From Lama guanicoe (lineage: Eukaryota), in NCBI GenBank assembly GCA_013239625.1, contig MU053873.1:136524-198523 (forward strand): 62,000 nt of DNA, read 5' to 3'. This document shows positions 58,001 to 62,000 of this stretch, piece by piece; the first letter of the stretch is position 1, and each line of letters begins with the position of its first letter. The position numbers and the translations under genes are program-made. Under the pieces are notes generated by a model that was not told the DNA's origin, made no database searches, and was given only the letters and a program-made list of their open reading frames with translations.

Positions 58001-58343
58001 GGGTGGATTGGGGTGATCCATATGGACCCCTTCTCAACCTTCAGATGAGTGTGGGATCGTGGCCCAGATCGCAGGACCCCTGGCTGCGGCTGACATCTCT
58101 GCCTACTACATCAGTACCTTCAACTTCGACCACGCTCTGGTGAGTGCCGCGGGCTGGGGCTGGGGCTCCTAGACGGGCACTGAGGCCCAGAGTAGGGTGG
58201 GGTGGCAGGAGGTGGTCCAGCTGAGCCAGGGAGTTGGGTGGCCCTGACCCCTTCCTCCGCTCACCTGCCCACAGGTGCCCGAGGACGGCATCGACAGTGT
58301 CATTGAGGTCCTCCAACGCCGGCAGGAGGGCCTGGGCTCCTGA
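54392..58343 (+). CDS. CASTOR1: Cytosolic arginine sensor for mTORC1 subunit 1 (GATSL3); 9 exons, 329 aa, ACT-domain protein
   Basis: Exons 54392-54504, 55092-55162, 56363-56550, 56635-56767, 57040-57163, 57624-57737, 57874-57956, 58045-58139, 58275-58343 sum to 990 nt. N-terminus is MELHILEHRVRVLS. Ser111 and Asp304, known arginine-binding residues, fall at the expected positions. Confidence 0.97.
55092..55162 (+). CDS. CASTOR1: CASTOR1 exon 2
   Basis: accag|G TGC AAG...AGA G|gtggg; CKFFSLTETPEDYTLMVDEEGF. Confidence 0.95.
55258..55445 (+). mobile_element. MIR relic, CASTOR1 intron 2
   Basis: 'ctgggttccaatcc...acttactggctgtgtgcccttgagcaagtcacttcccctctctgagc'. Confidence 0.75.
55945..55960 (-). 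promoter_or_regulatory. CTCF motif (reverse orientation), CASTOR1 intron 2
   Basis: TGGCGCCCCCTGGTGG is the reverse complement of CCACCAGGGGGCGCCA, the CTCF core consensus. Confidence 0.75.
56015..56135 (-). mobile_element. MIR relic, CASTOR1 intron 2
   Basis: 'cccattttacagatgaggaaac...gagagaagttaa...ggatttgagcccaggtctgtctga'. Confidence 0.75.
56363..56550 (+). CDS. CASTOR1: CASTOR1 exon 3
   Basis: cacag|AG CTG...ATC CTG|gtgag; VSVLMLSTYQTDFIL. Confidence 0.95.
56635..56767 (+). CDS. CASTOR1: CASTOR1 exon 4
   Basis: cccag|GTG CGG...CAT G|gtgag; VREQDLSVVIHTL. Confidence 0.95.
56971..56988 (+). promoter_or_regulatory. CTCF motif (forward orientation), CASTOR1 intron 4
   Basis: TGGCCACCAGGGGGCGCC, essentially the textbook CTCF consensus. 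Confidence 0.8.
57040..57163 (+). CDS. CASTOR1: CASTOR1 exon 5
   Basis: agcag|GG CCC...CAC AG|gtggg; HPIQSPQNRFCVLTLDP. Confidence 0.93.
57624..57737 (+). CDS. CASTOR1: CASTOR1 exon 6
   Basis: cccag|T GCC...AAA AA|gtatg; FFAFSLIEGYISIVMD. Confidence 0.94.
57874..57956 (+). CDS. CASTOR1: CASTOR1 exon 7
   Basis: cccag|G TTT...TTT G|gtgag; ELWRMVRIGGQPLGF. Confidence 0.95.
58045..58139 (+). CDS. CASTOR1: CASTOR1 exon 8
   Basis: ttcag|AT GAG...GCT CTG|gtgag; ECGIVAQIAGPLA...STFNFDHAL. Confidence 0.95.
58275..58343 (+). CDS. CASTOR1: CASTOR1 exon 9 coding part
   Basis: cacag|GTG CCC...GGC TCC TGA; VPEDGIDSVIEVLQRRQEGLGS*. Confidence 0.95.
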   Translation: MPEDGIDSVIEVLQRRQEGLGS

Positions 58344-58837
58344 GTTCCCAGGGGCACAACAGCCTCCAGGCTCTCCTCTCACCCTCAGGCTTCCAGAGAC
58401 TTCTCTAAGCTATTTCCTTAAACTCTGGGATGTTCCTGCCGGGGGACCCCTCCTTCTGCTCTGTGTATGTAAGCTGCGCACAGGCACCAGCCCTCAGGTG
58501 GACACGTGTCTGCCCAACGCAGGGGAACACGGTGCTTGGGACTTCCTCCAGGAAGCCCTTAACCCATCACTCCCTGCGGGGCCTCGGCATTTGCACATTC
58601 CCTGCCTGGGGCTGGAGCTTTCTGCCATCAGTACCCTGGGCCAGGCCGGCCGGGCTGCTCCCTGGACAGGGCCCTGATCTCCGTTCTGCCTCTGGCTGGG
58701 TTGCCTTCCCTGGCCAGGCGAGTTCTGACAGTGCCTTCCCTTTCTGGGGCCTCCAAGAAAAGTATTTTTACATCTTTCTCGCTTTCTCTCCCTCTTCTCT
58801 CTCCCTCTCCCTCTCTACTGTTTTTAATCAACTTGTT

Positions 58838-58843
58838 AATAAA
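58838..58843 (+). terminator. Polyadenylation signal of CASTOR1
   Basis: AATAAA about 495 nt after the stop, T-rich upstream and GT-rich downstream. Confidence 0.8.
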
Positions 58844-59060
58844 GAGCTTGTAGTGAGCAAGCTAGGCTGTGGTCCTTGGGGTTGTCGGAGGAGCCTCGGC
58901 CACAGCTGCTCAGCTGCTCCTCGGGCCCCTGTGCCTGAGGTCCTGGACTCTCCCCATGTAGCTGGCTCAGTCCCGGGCTGGCCTCTCCTCCCTCAGGCTC
59001 ACCTCCAGAGCATAGGTGAACCATCACCATTCTCCAGATGAAGGACCTTCTCTCTGGAGT

Positions 59061-59103
59061 GGTGGAGTGACTTAGCCAGGGAGGTGGAGTGACTTAGCCA
59101 GGG
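59061..59103. repeat. Perfect 21-bp tandem duplication (22-bp period)
   Basis: GGTGGAGTGACTTAGCCAGGG at 59061-59081 and 59083-59103, within a MIR-like relic. Confidence 0.9.
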
Positions 59104-61384
59104 TCACGTGATTCCTGTCCAGGGCAGCCTGGCTCGGGGATCTGGGCTCTTTCTTCATTCCTTACCGCTTCTGAGTGGTCTAGAAGGTTCCAAACAGGGA
59201 TATAGACTCCCAGCCCCTCCTGCCTAGGGGGTCCCCCGGCCTCCCTGCCACCTTGGCTGTGGCTGGCCTATTGTGAGACCCCCTCAAGGGGGGCCCCAGA
59301 GCACCTTTCCTCCAGGCTGCTGCCTGCTTTCTGTTGGGCCATGCCTGAGTTCTGGCTGTCCCTCATAGGAGATCAGTCAGTTCCTGCCACCAGAGCTCTC
59401 CTGGAGCAGGGGTGGAGGGTGTCAGCTGGAGTGGGGACCTGGGAGTCTGTATACGGGGCTTCCTCTGGCCAGGAGGGCAGGACAGGGCCCTGGAGGCCAC
59501 CTGGAGCCCACTCTGCCCTCGGCTGCATGCTGGGGCCAGAGGCTCAGCGCATCTGGGCCTGGAGTTTCCTGTTGCAGAGAAGCCACCTCCCCACTCGGTG
59601 AGCTGGGATTCCGCTGTGACCTGACGGGGCCCCACAGATGCACTGGGGAGATTATCAGGTGCCCTCAGCCCAGACCCACCCGCACTTGGGAAGGGAAGAA
59701 GGGTGTGACTTCGGCGTACTCAGAGGTCATGGTGGCTCCCTAGAAAAGCCAGTGAGGGGCCAGGCCTCTGGCAGTGCGCCCGCCCTGCCCCTGGGAACCT
59801 GGGGACTGCAGATCAGAGGAGCAAGGAGCACAGGCCAGCTGGGTGAGTGAGCGGTCAGCGACCCTGGGCCAGCCCTTTCCGCATGGCCTCAGTTTCCCCA
59901 AGTGTATTGAGACCTAGAAGGCAGCTTCTTCAGGGTCCTGTGTGCCCCTGGGCCCTGGGAAGGCTGGGAAGGGGGCATTTGTAGTTTGTCTTGGGGCGGG
60001 GGAGTCCCCCTTCTCTCCCTGGAGGGCCCATCCTGGACCTTGGCTCGAGGGATGTCCTAAACTGAGATAGGGGCTTTAGAACCAGAATTCTTGGGGCTGC
60101 CTGACCTGCATGTAGAGACCTCCTGGCCACACGTCCACTCTTGGGGGTCTGTCTGCCTGCTTGTGAGTCGCTACCTGATTTGGGGTTTCTGTCATCCCGG
60201 CTTTCCAAGTGTGTCAGGCCTTACCTAGTCCCTCAGACTGGGTCCTAACTTGGCATCAGTTAGTTCTTGAGGGTGGACTGCCCTGGGTTGTAGGCCACAG
60301 GCACACAGGTGGGCTGGTCTGACTCAGACCCAGGCCCAGAGACCAGCACACCCACCTGTGTCTCTGCCGCATGTGTGCAAGTGTGTGGGGGAGGGGGTTA
60401 GCTCCCAGGGCATCAGGGTTCTGGGGCAGCTCGACCTTCTGCAGATTACAGATGGAGAGATGTGCTCTGGGTGTGCCGGGAGGCCGGTACCTACCTGGGG
60501 TTAGGGCACAGGGTTTGGGAAATGCCTGGGAAACACAGTTTCTCTGAGAAGGGGAGATGGCCCTGGACCCCTCCCATAGTGATGCTCAGGTGCTGTGAGA
60601 CAGATGAGTCTGGAGCTGTCCCAGGCCAGGGGCTGAGGGGCTTACAGGACCACCTCCTCATCCCACCCAGGTCCCAGAGAGTTCTAGGGCAAAGGAAGTC
60701 CATCTGCTCAGCCCCGACCTTGGATTGGGTTATTCATAACTGAGATTGGGGTGCTGGCTGGCACACCTGGAGCCCCATCCACCTGTCTGCCTCCGCACAG
60801 CCAGTCCTGAGTTCGAGGATCCAGGCTCCAGGCTGCAGAGCCTGAGTCCTTTTTCCCAGAAAGATGCAGCCAGTGCCTGAGGAGAGTCCTGCCCACAGTC
60901 CCTCTGCCTGACGTCCATCTGGCGTCTGCTGGGAGGATGTGAATCTGAGTGGGGGGCTCTTGGGTGGGTGGGGACAGAGATGAGGAAACCTCAGGCGGGA
61001 AGAGTCCAGGGCTCATTTCCACCCTTTCTGATCTCCATGTGTGTACAGAGGAAGCGGCCTCTTGAGCCCTCCTGGAGGACAATTTGAGCAGAAATTCAGG
61101 GTTTAAGGCCTTCGTCCCCACCCCTGCCAGGCAGGGCCGTGTGGTCCTCTGCTGGCCAAGTTGCTTTGAAGCTGGCTTCTTGGTCCTGTGTGGAGGGGAG
61201 AATAAACCCCTGCCCTCTCCATATTCTCCCTGGCCCAAGTACCCCACCGGGCCTGATAGGACCCACCAGAAGACAGGAGAGGCAGCCCAGTCTGCAGCTG
61301 GCTGACTGAGCCCAGGGGAACCACTTCCCAACATGGGGAAAGGGGATGAGTGAGCTCCATTGATGCATGTATTCAACACACCCT

Positions 61385-61480
61385 TTCATCCCCTTTTTAC
61401 ACAGGGGCAACAGAACACAGAGAGGTGAAGTGACTTACCCAAGGTCACACAGCTGGGCATGGCAGAACCAGAATTCAAAA
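61385..61480 (-). mobile_element. MIR relic
   Basis: 'cagagaggtgaagtgacttacccaaggtcacacagct...ggcagaaccagaattcaaa'. Confidence 0.75.
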
Positions 61481-62000
61481 GGAAGGTCAATAGTGCCCCC
61501 AGGGGCCTGAGGAGGTTCCCTGGGGGAAGGGACAGGGACCAGGATGGTTTTGCAAGATCCCTCTCCATCCCAGCTGTTTGCCACCGGTGGCAGTGGGTGC
61601 CTGGGCTGCACGTGAGGCCCAGCTCCTCGCTGACGCTGGCTGGGTAGGGCTGGGTGATCGGGTTGGGCTACGGCAGTGGTTTGTGTCTCACTTACCCCTG
61701 GTGGGCCCTGGTGCTGGAGTTCCTGGGGGGTGCCCAGAGTTTCCTTCCTGAGGGGGAGGTGGTCATGGTACCTCGTGGGTGGGCAGGCTGCGTGGGTGTG
61801 TGTGCACTCACAGTGTGCACACCTTCGTGGACATCTCTACAGGCAACTCTGTTTTGGTTAGAATGTGTATGTATCTGAACGTTTGTCCAGTTACTTATAA
61901 ACATCAGGTGTGCGCTTGGCTCTGTCTCTGCGTGTGTCCTGTTAGTGTGTGACTGGCATGTGCATCTGTGCCGGTGTGTGCATGTCTGAGCACTTGTGGT

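Noticed and set aside
58430..59041. 203-aa ORF in the CASTOR1 3'UTR
   Set aside because: Crosses the poly(A) signal, low-complexity, no homology I can recognise
60708..61379. 223-aa minus-strand ORF or start of OSM
   Set aside because: No signal peptide or cytokine-like sequence; I found no OSM exon in the window
1..62000. CRISPR array, rRNA, snoRNA or miRNA genes
   Set aside because: No spaced direct-repeat array and no recognisable structured-RNA family seen; an Infernal/Rfam scan would be needed to exclude small RNAs formally

Overview
Mammalian (eukaryotic) genomic DNA with three intron-containing genes in tandem on the + strand. SF3A1 has exons 2-16 at 610-16388, with exon 1 upstream of the window. 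TBC1D10A/EPI64 has 9 exons at 21185-51534 (511 aa, ends DTYL). CASTOR1/GATSL3 has 9 exons at 54392-58343 (329 aa). I read all splice junctions by hand: every one is GT-AG and the phases join into intact reading frames. The order matches the human 22q12 block, where OSM/LIF follow CASTOR1. Two tRNA-Ala-like SINEs resembling Vic-1 suggest a camelid (inference). Introns carry MIR, L1, an ERVL LTR, DNA-transposon relics and microsatellites. There is no CRISPR array or prokaryotic system, and I see no convincing new gene; most six-frame ORFs are noise. The best leads are regulatory or splicing hypotheses: a divergent pair of consensus CTCF sites that is also a perfect 15-bp inverted repeat around a frame-neutral CASTOR1 exon 3-4 block; an in-frame TBC1D10A-CASTOR1 fusion route; candidate unproductive splice sites in SF3A1; an NF-kB/AP-1/ETS/RUNX motif cluster in TBC1D10A intron 1; a possible L1 3' transduction; and Arg at CASTOR1 position 61.
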